Assembly: GCA_036498345.1 (NCBI GenBank) | Contig: DASYFQ010000018.1 | Location: 29,842 to 93,841 of the forward strand | Direction of reading: 5' to 3' | Length of the DNA: 64,000 nucleotides | Origin: Steroidobacteraceae bacterium | Lineage (GTDB): Bacteria > Pseudomonadota > Gammaproteobacteria > Steroidobacterales > Steroidobacteraceae | Part shown: positions 19,576 through 27,140 of the stretch, piece by piece | Numbering within the stretch: position 1 is the stretch's first letter | How the letters are laid out: every line of letters starts with the position of its first letter | The notes under the pieces: model-generated | The model's input: the letters and a program-made list of their open reading frames with translations, nothing else | Databases searched by the model: none | Told to the model about the DNA's origin: nothing | Position numbers and translations under genes: made by a program

Positions 19576-20137
19576 CCCTGACCAACAACCCCGCCGATGC
19601 GAGAGCCAGCGCCAGTTCCTCCTCGATACGAGAAGCCTCCGAGCGCTTGATATATTGCAAATGCAGCGTCGGCCCGGTCAGCACTTCGATGCCTCGTTTC
19701 AGTACGCTGCCCGCCGCGCGGACACCTGCTTTGTGCTGATCGAAGCGCTGCGCCGGACTGTACTTGCTCATTCCCACATACACGCCGTATGCCCCGTCCC
19801 GGTCCTGATAGTCGAGAAGCACCAAGTAGATATTCGATCGTCCCTTCGCGGAAGAACGAAACTCGAGCGCGATCTCATACACGATGGGCAGCCACTCGAT
19901 GTAGCGCATCGGCAGCCATTCCGGGACCGACGCCGCGGCTCGGGCCCACAATCTCTCCAGCGCGCGCTCAATGTTAATGGACATTTCGCCGCGCATCCAG
20001 AGTTCGTGTACGCAGTGTGCGCCCACGACGCCATCCGATTGCGCTAATGCGCGCTCAAAGCGGTTGGCAATATCGGTGTGAGTCAGCCCTTGAAGCGGGC
20101 GACGAGCCGGTGCTGCCTTGGCGTCGATGATTTGCAA
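19565..20137 (-). CDS. hypothetical protein with GIY-YIG-like C-terminal region
   Basis: C-terminal NIYLVLL-(11)-YGVYVGMS-(6)-RFDQH...EEELA spacing resembles a GIY-YIG nuclease core. Its stop overlaps the GST start by 11 nt. Confidence 0.4.
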   Translation of the reverse strand: MQIIDAKAAPARRPLQGLTHTDIANRFERALAQSDGVVGAHCVHELWMRGEMSINIERALERLWARAAASVPEWLPMRYIEWLPIVYEIALEFRSSAKGRSNIYLVLLDYQDRDGAYGVYVGMSKYSPAQRFDQHKAGVRAAGSVLKRGIEVLTGPTLHLQYIKRSEASRIEEELALALASAGLLVRGGH

Positions 20138-20211
20138 CTAGAGAAATGGTAGCACCGTCAGCGCTCGCGAACAGGCGGACTGAGGACGCCGGCTTGGTCG
20201 TCCGAACCGCT

Positions 20212-20409
20212 TTAGGCGGCGACTTGCTCGTAAGAGAAGTAGGGCGCACCAGCCCGCTGCGACGCGTGCTCAACCGTGATCGAACAAATGTTGCCCTGAG
20301 CATCGACGTCGAGAACGGTGTTCTCGTCCAGATCGCGGGATTCCGCGACTACAGCATCCCGAAACTCAATGAACAAAGTGTCCGTGTCGGCAAAGTAGCG
20401 TACTTTCAT
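20212..20409 (-). CDS. DUF2283 domain protein (putative antitoxin-like partner)
   Basis: MKVRYFADTDTLFIEFRD...DVDAQGNICSITVEHA is the characteristic DUF2283 pattern. Overlaps the upstream DUF4258 gene by 4 nt. Confidence 0.7.
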   Translation of the reverse strand: MKVRYFADTDTLFIEFRDAVVAESRDLDENTVLDVDAQGNICSITVEHASQRAGAPYFSYEQVAA

Positions 20410-20642
20410 GGAACAAACCTGCGGTCAAAGAAGGCGTTGTGGACAGTCTCTGCGTCCGCCAACAGGATAACCCGAAGATACCGTTTTTCCATCTCCGGTA
20501 TCTGAACCCAACGCCGAATTCGGCCATCCGCCTGGAGAATTTCGCGTAGAGGCGCCTGAATAGCACGTTCGATCCATGCTTCCTGAATGATGATTCGATC
20601 AGGGCGCCGGCGAACGGCGTCAAAATATGCAGTCGTTTTCAC
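20406..20642 (-). CDS. DUF4258 domain protein (putative toxin-like partner)
   Basis: 78 aa. IIIQEAWIERAI...YLRVILLADAETVHNAFFDR resembles DUF4258. Paired with the DUF2283 gene. Confidence 0.6.
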   Translation of the reverse strand: MKTTAYFDAVRRRPDRIIIQEAWIERAIQAPLREILQADGRIRRWVQIPEMEKRYLRVILLADAETVHNAFFDRRFVP

Positions 20643-20694
20643 AGATGCGAGCTACGGGCCGAGCGGGCGCTGCGACGCGCGTCCGGCCTGCGCG

Positions 20695-21324
20695 CTAGGG
20701 GCTGCGGTGCGCATCACCGGACCTCCATCGAATTTCGCCCTTGCACGGATCCAACAGGTGCGGGATGCCAGAGACCAAACCCATGGTTCGAACCAGCGCG
20801 AACGCGCGTATTTGCGCCCGGGGAAATGCTTCGTGTACGCGGCTCGCCGCGGCGAGAAGCGTCCTTCCCTTGGTAACTACATCATCGATGAGTATGATTC
20901 TTTCGGGCAGTATCATCGGCCGCTCGATCAAGAAGGACTCGTAGTGCAGATACACGGTTGGCCGTTCCCCGGGCGCGGCCGTGGCCGACTTGCGCACTGG
21001 GCGGACTCGGCGCAAACCCGGCCACGCGGTGCCTCCCAGACCTTCATTTACCAGTGCAGCCGCCAGATGATTGGCTGCCCACACGCCTCCAGTTAGGAAC
21101 GGCGCGCATCCCGGCACCGGGACCAAGACGTCGGACAGGCCGAAGAATCCGGCCAGCAGCGGTGAGTCGGTGACTTGCTGGCGAACGCGCAAGGCATACT
21201 TGAGCATGAAACTCTCGTTTCCCGCCTTCAGCAACGCTCGCAGGAGGCGGGATCGCTCGCACACCGCTCCCGTTCCGGTGGGCGAATACACGTAACAAGA
21301 GGCGTACTCGATCGCGCGGATCAC
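20695..21324 (-). CDS. phosphoribosyltransferase (ComF-like) family protein
   Basis: PRPP-binding loop IILIDDVVTKGRTLLAAA near the C-terminus. Begins 27 nt downstream of the relaxase stop. Confidence 0.7.
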   Translation of the reverse strand: MIRAIEYASCYVYSPTGTGAVCERSRLLRALLKAGNESFMLKYALRVRQQVTDSPLLAGFFGLSDVLVPVPGCAPFLTGGVWAANHLAAALVNEGLGGTAWPGLRRVRPVRKSATAAPGERPTVYLHYESFLIERPMILPERIILIDDVVTKGRTLLAAASRVHEAFPRAQIRAFALVRTMGLVSGIPHLLDPCKGEIRWRSGDAHRSP

Positions 21325-21351
21325 ACGTCGTCCTCGAGACGCAAAGAGAGA

Positions 21352-22338
21352 TCAGCGTACGAGGTCGTCATTTTGATCGCGACCATTCGAGACCGAGGGA
21401 GTCGAATCGGCTCGATCCTGGTTTTGGCTCTGCCGTAAGCGCAACCAGTTCTCCCTTGCTTCCCGCCGGATGTCCTCGAGACTTTGCGGTTTGGCGGCTG
21501 CCTTGGCGGTCGCTTGCGCCACGGCCGGCTCTGCGGGAATGCGCGCTTCTCGGCTCGCTGATCTCTCCAGCCGCGCCTGCACCCGCGCTTGATGTTCTTC
21601 GCGCATCCGATCGGCGACTACACTCCGATATCCATGCCTCTCCATTTCGAATGCTGCCCGCGGGATCTGCGGCCGCGGTTCCCGGTCGATTCCCTGCGTT
21701 TCCAGGCTTCGGTGATCGACGCGGGACGCGATGTGGGCCTCTTGCAGGGCCTCGTTGGTGATGGCCGCCCAACGTTCCCGCACATGCAACAGTTCATTGA
21801 TCGCGGGCGGGAGGCCGAGTTCGCGGCGCCTGCGGTCGCTCATGTCGAGCGTCGTCTTGGCGCCCAGTCCCTCCACCGTCACTTCGCGGGTCGTCGCCAG
21901 CAGGTGTGCGTGAAAATTGCGGGGGTCGCTGCCGGGAAAATCACGCGGCGCGTGGATGGCGAAATCCACCGCAAAACCGTACCGGTTGGAAAGCTCCTGC
22001 GAAAATCCTCTTACCAGCCCGACCCGCTGCGGCGGCGAGAGCTCGACCGGCAGAGCGACGAGATATTCGCGGGCGACGCGAGCATTCTTGCGCGTCTCGG
22101 CGCTTTCCGCCGCGTTCCAGAGACCGGCTCGATCTCGAGCCCACGCCATTTCTTCACCGGCGAAGCGGCTCGGGAGCACGATTTCCTTGTGCATGACGTC
22201 TTGGCGTTCGGAATGATCATAGGTCCTGCCGGTGCGCTCATCGCGGATGCGTTCTCCGGCACGGTATGCAACGGCGCTCGCGGCGCTGCTGCCGCCGGCG
22301 CGGCCGAAGGTCTTCATGTTGAGAAAATAGACGGCCAT
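21352..22338 (-). CDS. MobA/MobL (MOBQ-type) relaxase, short form
   Basis: MAVYFLNMKTFGRAGGSSAASAVAYRAGERIRDERTGRTYDH plus the histidine motif NFHAHLLATTRE. Start set at the ATG at 22338. Confidence 0.8.
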   Translation of the reverse strand: MAVYFLNMKTFGRAGGSSAASAVAYRAGERIRDERTGRTYDHSERQDVMHKEIVLPSRFAGEEMAWARDRAGLWNAAESAETRKNARVAREYLVALPVELSPPQRVGLVRGFSQELSNRYGFAVDFAIHAPRDFPGSDPRNFHAHLLATTREVTVEGLGAKTTLDMSDRRRRELGLPPAINELLHVRERWAAITNEALQEAHIASRVDHRSLETQGIDREPRPQIPRAAFEMERHGYRSVVADRMREEHQARVQARLERSASREARIPAEPAVAQATAKAAAKPQSLEDIRREARENWLRLRQSQNQDRADSTPSVSNGRDQNDDLVR

Positions 22339-22342
22339 GCGA

Positions 22343-22858
22343 TCAGCTCCTGCGCATGCTGCCGAAGAACTCGGGCTCGACTGCGTAGCCGGCCGCCACC
22401 GCCTGGAATGGCTCATGAATGCGCAGAAGCTGGATGTCCGCTGCCGCGGCTTCGCTCGAAGGCATGAACGCGCCGCCCGGCTCGCAGTGCAATTCGTGAT
22501 CGCCGAGTAGTGCGCCGCAGTGCTCGCAGTGATTCGCCCAGTAAGAACTCAACGTGGCGGCGCTGTGCGCCAAATGGAAGGACTGCGATAGTTGGTTCAA
22601 TCGGCTCCGAACGGCTTCGGGCAGGCACTCCAGGTAGAAAAGGATTGCATTGGCATTTGCGGACTGCCACGCATCGAACGCTGTTTCGTCGGCGTTGGCG
22701 GTCTGTGCATCCTCATCCAAAGTTTCGTGGCCGCCGGGAACCGCGAGCGCCAGCAGGCGGGTCGACGAGCCGCAGTGCCAACAGCGCACATTCGTGCGGG
22801 CTACATAGTAGGTTTGCGATCGGACATTCGCATCGGCGAGAGTTGGGATGTCTGACAT
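22343..22858 (-). CDS. hypothetical protein with two CxxC zinc-ribbon-like motifs
   Basis: Contains CWHCG and CEHCG...HC motifs. Ends 4 nt before the relaxase start. No family recognised. Confidence 0.45.
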   Translation of the reverse strand: MSDIPTLADANVRSQTYYVARTNVRCWHCGSSTRLLALAVPGGHETLDEDAQTANADETAFDAWQSANANAILFYLECLPEAVRSRLNQLSQSFHLAHSAATLSSYWANHCEHCGALLGDHELHCEPGGAFMPSSEAAAADIQLLRIHEPFQAVAAGYAVEPEFFGSMRRS

Positions 22859-22892
22859 GACGGCCTCCGTGGCGACTCAAGGGAAGGAGCAA

Positions 22893-23486
22893 TCAACAAG
22901 GGCGGCGGCGTTCCGGGCCGAGGCGATCTCCAAACGCGACTTTCAGCCAAGGGCCACTGGAAGCCGTCTTGAGGTAACCGCAGAGATCCGGCAACTGCTC
23001 GAGTTCCGAGGGCATGACGGCCGTTTCCGTCGCGTGTTGCTCGGTGAAGCTGCGCGACCGGCGCGCGCCGCGCGCGGAAAATGGGCTTTCGCGGTCGCTG
23101 CCGCGGGAGACTTGGCGTCTGAGGATCTCTCGATCGCCGATCAGCCGGGAGGCGAATTGAGAAGTACCGCCATTCTCGCTGCCCGAGCAGCGCAAAATGA
23201 GGGTGTTCGCGCAATTCTCGACGAGCGTCTGGGCTGCGCTCTGGCCATACGTCGAAGACACCTGCGCAATGCGGTTCGCCATGGCCATTCCGCCGAGCAC
23301 CATCACCAGAATGATGGCGACCGGCGTCAACCACGCGAGCAGGTTGGTCTGTAGCGAGGTCGCTCCCGTCATGAAGGGTGAGGCTTGAGCCATCGCCAAG
23401 TCGGGCGTGCCCATTGCAAGGGCGACCAGCAATAGCGGCAGCAGGATTTTCTGCGGGAGAAAGCGATGCGGACGAGAGTGATGCAC
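22893..23486 (-). pseudogene. in-frame fusion remnant: VirB2/TrbC pilin N-terminus joined to the C-terminal end of a type IV coupling protein
   Basis: The N-terminal part has a signal peptide and a pilin-like helix (QASPFMTGATSLQTNLLAWLTPVAIILVMVLGGMAMANRI). It is followed directly by a T4CP-like tail (YGQSAAQTLVENCANTLILRCS...AVMPSELEQLPDLCGYLK). Confidence 0.55.
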
Positions 23487-23549
23487 GGCGAAATTCCTTT
23501 TCCACTGGATGTAGGCGCGTCAGCCGGCCAATGCGCGAGCCGGCCTCCT

Positions 23550-23945
23550 TCAGATTTCGGTTTCGAGCGCTCCTTCCCGCTCATCGCGCCGCGCCGCCAG
23601 CTCCTCGCGCTTGATTTTGCCCGGCGCGCCGAAGCGAAACGTTTGAATGACGTATGAATAGTCGTACTGCTTTTCGCCTTCTCTATCCGTCCAATTGTTG
23701 GAACGGATCTGCGCCTGAAGAATGAGCTGGTCGCCCTTGCGCGCGTTCTTTGCAATCGCCTCCCCGAGACTTTCGAACGCCACAAACCAAAGACTGGTAA
23801 CCGCCTCGCGCGTATTACCCTGTTCATCCTTGCCCGCGTAGTCGTTGCCTACGAGGCAAATTCGCGTGTACGTCGTATCCCCTTTGACGGCCAGCTCGGG
23901 ATCTTTCGCGAGGTTGCCGACGGCGGTTACTGTGAAGCTATTCAT
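23550..23945 (-). CDS. ssb: single-stranded DNA-binding protein (mobile-element type)
   Basis: OB-fold pattern MNSFTVTAVGNLAKDPEL...SLWFVAFESLGEAIAKNARKGDQLILQAQIRSNNW with an acidic C-terminal tail. Confidence 0.7.
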   Translation of the reverse strand: MNSFTVTAVGNLAKDPELAVKGDTTYTRICLVGNDYAGKDEQGNTREAVTSLWFVAFESLGEAIAKNARKGDQLILQAQIRSNNWTDREGEKQYDYSYVIQTFRFGAPGKIKREELAARRDEREGALETEI

Positions 23946-24232
23946 GACTACTCCTTGACTGTTGTGTTGCGCGACTCGAGATGATTCATCCGTCGCGTGG
24001 CAGGCAGTCTGAGAGCAGCACCGGGTAATTTGAATTCAACTAAGTGACGAATTTGCAGAGATAATGAGCATCGCACTTTCAGAGCGACGATCTCCGGAAC
24101 GCATTCGTCCAGAAATTCACGGTGCGCGATTTTTTGCGCTGCACTGCTGGGATCGCCGGTAGCGGCGCTCGAATTATTGCCGCCGCGTATTTTTGCGGGA
24201 CGAATGTACCGGCACGACGTGTCCGCCCATGA

Positions 24233-24286
24233 AAGCTGCGTAGCTGACTAACGGCTCAGAAGCTGCGTAGCTGGCTATCGGCTCAG
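24233..24286 (+). repeat. tandem 27-nt direct repeat x2 at the right edge of the element, overlapping the TetR stop codon
   Basis: AAGCTGCGTAGCTGACTAACGGCTCAG followed by AAGCTGCGTAGCTGGCTATCGGCTCAG, identical at 25 of 27 positions. Confidence 0.7.
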
Positions 24287-24903
24287 CTTTGCTTGACCTT
24301 GCTTCGCGCACGTGCCTTTTTCGCCGGCCGAGCGAGGGTCAAGACCCGCTTGCGCACAGTACGCAGCACTTCGCTCGACAAAGGCGAGGCGCCCACCGCG
24401 CGAGCCATGATCAGCGCGCCATAGAGCGTGCTCAGCAGCAAAATCGCCGCTGCGCGCGAATCGACGATCGATCCTTCCTGCCGCAGCGCCACGCTCAAGG
24501 TCTCGAGGTTGCGCTCGATCTGCCGGCGGAACTGTGCTTGCACATCTGCGCTCTTGCGCGGCGCGTCTCCCGCCAGCGCCGCCACCACGCATCCGACGGC
24601 CCGCCCGTCGCGATGAGCTTCATCGAGATAGACATCGACGAACGCTGCGACATCCGGCTTGTCGCCGCGGAACAAGTGCTCACGCAATTCCTGGCCGCTC
24701 TGCGCGAGCGCCAACTCGAGCGCCTCGCTCACCAACTCGTCGCGAGAATCGAAGTGCCTATAAAAGCCGCCGTGCGTGAGTTTCAGGTCCTTCATCAGGT
24801 CCGACAGGCTGATGCCGTCGACACCGCGCTCTTTGAAGCGAGCCGCAGCGGCCTCCACCAGTCGTGCGTGCGTATTTGCCTTGCTGGCTTTCGAGTGACC
24901 CAT
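24283..24903 (-). CDS. TetR family transcriptional regulator
   Basis: HTH region THARLVEAAAARFKERGVDGISLSDLMKDLKLTHGGFYRHFDSRDELV. Start at the ATG at 24903 is preferred over 24960. Confidence 0.8.
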   Translation of the reverse strand: MGHSKASKANTHARLVEAAAARFKERGVDGISLSDLMKDLKLTHGGFYRHFDSRDELVSEALELALAQSGQELREHLFRGDKPDVAAFVDVYLDEAHRDGRAVGCVVAALAGDAPRKSADVQAQFRRQIERNLETLSVALRQEGSIVDSRAAAILLLSTLYGALIMARAVGASPLSSEVLRTVRKRVLTLARPAKKARARSKVKQS

Positions 24904-24942
24904 GGCATTCCGTATAGCACGCCACGAAAGCCCAGTCAGTAT

Positions 24943-24964
24943 CTGGATGTTATTTGACATCCAG
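24943..24964. promoter_or_regulatory. perfect 8-bp inverted repeat (candidate TetR operator)
   Basis: CTGGATGT-TATTTG-ACATCCAG, in the divergent TetR/SDR intergenic region. Confidence 0.35.
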
Positions 24965-24983
24965 CCGGAGGAGGACTAGGCTG

Positions 24984-25011
24984 ATTGTGGATTACGAGCA
25001 TCATCCACAAT
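24984..25011. promoter_or_regulatory. perfect 9-bp inverted repeat (candidate operator)
   Basis: ATTGTGGAT-(10 nt)-ATCCACAAT, 22 nt upstream of the SDR start. Confidence 0.35.
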
Positions 25012-25032
25012 TTCTACTGAGCCGAGGTTCAT

Positions 25033-25848
25033 ATGAGCACTGCAAACAAAATGGGTACGGCACTGATCACGGGCGCATCGACCGGAATCGGCGCCGCTTA
25101 CGCCGGTCGCCTGGCGCGCCGCGGCTACGACTTGATCCTGGTCGCCCGCAACAAGGCGAATCTGGACAAACTTGCACAAAACTTGGGCGCGGAGACCGGC
25201 GTACGCATCCAGGTGCTGCCGGCGGATCTCACCGTCGAAGCCGATCTGAAGCGCGTTGAGCGGGTGCTGCACGACGACCCGAGCATCGGTCTGCTCGTCA
25301 ACAATGCGGGCGCCGCCACGCTTCAGCCTTTCGCGAGCGCCGACATCGGACGGCTCGACCGCGAGATTCAGCTGAATATCGTGGCACCGACACGGCTGAC
25401 GCACGCAGCGCTGCCCGGCCTCCTGGCGCGCAACCGCGGCGGTATCATCAATATTGCCTCGGTGATGTCGCAGATGGTGCAGCCTGGGAATTCGGTGTAC
25501 GGAGGGACGAAGGCATACCTGCTGCATTTCAGTGAGGTGTTGGCGCTCGAAGTCGCCGCCTCCGCAGTGCGCGTGCAGGCAGTGCTCCCGGGCGCGACGC
25601 GCACGGCCCTATGGGATGGGTCGGGCGTCGAATTGAGCGACCTGCCGCCCGAGATCGTGATGGAGGTCGACGAAATGGTGGATGCCGCGCTGGCGGGCTT
25701 CGATCAGGGCGAGCGCATCACTGTGCCCTCGCTGCCGGATGCCGGCGATTGGCAGCGCCTGATCAAGGCTCGCGAGGACCTGCGGCCGAATCTGTCGCGC
25801 AAGCATTCGGCGCCTCGGTATAAAATCTCACTGGCCCCGGCGGTTTGA
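25033..25848 (+). CDS. SDR family oxidoreductase
   Basis: TALITGASTGIGAAYA cofactor motif, NNAG, and a Y-x3-K (YGGTKAY) catalytic motif. Confidence 0.85.
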   Translation: MSTANKMGTALITGASTGIGAAYAGRLARRGYDLILVARNKANLDKLAQNLGAETGVRIQVLPADLTVEADLKRVERVLHDDPSIGLLVNNAGAATLQPFASADIGRLDREIQLNIVAPTRLTHAALPGLLARNRGGIINIASVMSQMVQPGNSVYGGTKAYLLHFSEVLALEVAASAVRVQAVLPGATRTALWDGSGVELSDLPPEIVMEVDEMVDAALAGFDQGERITVPSLPDAGDWQRLIKAREDLRPNLSRKHSAPRYKISLAPAV

Positions 25849-25932
25849 GCAACCGTCGGTCGAGATCACGGCAATGAGGGCTCGGCGATCAATCACATTT
25901 GGCCAGCAGATTGTTCGGCACTCGACAACCCG

Positions 25933-26595
25933 ATGTGGTCCGCGCTCAGCGGGCCGCACCGGAACCTCGCCGGGCAGCTGGACGACTTGATGTGGTATCC
26001 GCCGTCGATCGCACCGTTTGCGGCGATTCCAACGGCGGACGTCGTACCGGATCTAGAATCCGCTTATCGTCAAGGCCTCGCTGACCCGGCGTATTTTGTA
26101 GGGGCGTGTCCGGCTTCCCTGCCCGACGGATGGCGGTTCGTGTCATGCTCGTACATCCTGCAGATGTTCCCCACTGCGGACATCCCCCAGGTCGGCGAAG
26201 ACGCGGGCATCGTGCTCGGCGAGACCGACAGGATCGCCATGCGCGAATTGATGCAAATTGCGTTTCCGGATTTCTTCCGCGCGCGTACTGCCGAATTGGG
26301 CCTGTACTTGGGTATCTACGAGGGCGCCAGACTGATCGCGATGGCCGGCGAGCGGCTGGCTCTCGCCGGGCTGCAGGAGATCAGCGGGGTGTGCACTCAC
26401 CCGGATTTCGCAGGACGAGGTCATGCTCGCCGGCTCACGCGGGCGCTCTTGAGCCGGCACCGCCGGCGTGGCGTCCGCTCGTTTTTACACGTAAGCGAAG
26501 GCAACGCGGGCGCGCGCCGGCTTTACGAGTCCATGGGATTCGTGGTGCGCGCCAGTTTGCTGATGTGCAAGGTCGAGCGCATCACGGCGTCGTAG
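25933..26595 (+). CDS. GNAT family N-acetyltransferase
   Basis: The C-terminal half (ISGVCTHPDFAGRGHARRLTRALL...ARRLYESMGF) has the acetyl-CoA-binding pattern of GNAT proteins. Confidence 0.7.
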   Translation: MWSALSGPHRNLAGQLDDLMWYPPSIAPFAAIPTADVVPDLESAYRQGLADPAYFVGACPASLPDGWRFVSCSYILQMFPTADIPQVGEDAGIVLGETDRIAMRELMQIAFPDFFRARTAELGLYLGIYEGARLIAMAGERLALAGLQEISGVCTHPDFAGRGHARRLTRALLSRHRRRGVRSFLHVSEGNAGARRLYESMGFVVRASLLMCKVERITAS

Positions 26596-26748
26596 CCTTC
26601 TCGCCGGGATACCCTGAATACGTCAAACACGGAGCGGCTCGTTTCCCGCCCATCCTCGGATCGTTGTCCCGGCGCGACAAAAGCTGCAAATCGCCGGTAA
26701 TTCTGTTAGCGTTCTTGGTCACCATCCGGCCCCCCATCGTCGAGCTGA

Positions 26749-27063
26749 ATGAGAAACGTGTTCAAGGCACTCGGTCTGTTGCTGCTGCTGCTGACGGCGC
26801 AGCAGGGTGCTGTGGATCACGAACTGAGGCATGCATGCTCAGCCCATCAAGCGGAACTGGGAATCGACTCGGGCGTCGCGGCGGATGCCACGTGCGCGCT
26901 CTGCGCTGCTTTTGCGCAGGCCGGCAGCCCGACTTTCAGTCATGCGTTCAAAATCCCTTCTTTGGTCCGCACCACATCGCAGCTCACTCCTGAGCCGCGA
27001 TTCGTAGCCCTAAGCGCCGCGGTTCCCCGACCGCGCAGCCGTGGCCCTCCCTCCCTGGGATAA
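26749..27063 (+). CDS. small exported CxxC protein, DUF2946-like (tentative)
   Basis: Signal or anchor segment, His-rich DHELRHACSAH, TCALCAAFAQAGSP, and a C-terminal RSRGPP tail. Lies directly upstream of a TonB-dependent receptor. Paralogue at 33182. Confidence 0.5.
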   Translation: MRNVFKALGLLLLLLTAQQGAVDHELRHACSAHQAELGIDSGVAADATCALCAAFAQAGSPTFSHAFKIPSLVRTTSQLTPEPRFVALSAAVPRPRSRGPPSLG

Positions 27064-27140
27064 ATCACCTTCTTGAGCCCCAGACCGCCCGAGCAATCGG
27101 CTGCGGTGCGCTTCTTTCAAGCTTTTTGCGGAGACCTTTG

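Larger units (their letters stand above)
19565..24286. mobile_element. decayed mobilizable/conjugative element remnant (no integrase, no T4SS)
   Basis: Co-directional block on the minus strand of SSB, a VirB2::T4CP fusion remnant, a Zn-ribbon ORF, a MobA/MobL relaxase, a PRTase, a toxin-antitoxin-like pair and a GIY-YIG-like ORF. Intergenic stretches are lower in GC. Boundaries are approximate. Confidence 0.55.

Noticed and set aside
24030-24046. Palindrome TTGAATTCAA followed by CTAAGTG, reminiscent of the MOBQ oriT nick region (TAAGTGCGCCCT in RSF1010)
   Set aside because: Only 6 nt match the nick-site core, and the palindrome is short. This is too weak to call an oriT without a comparison to intact relatives or a nicking assay.
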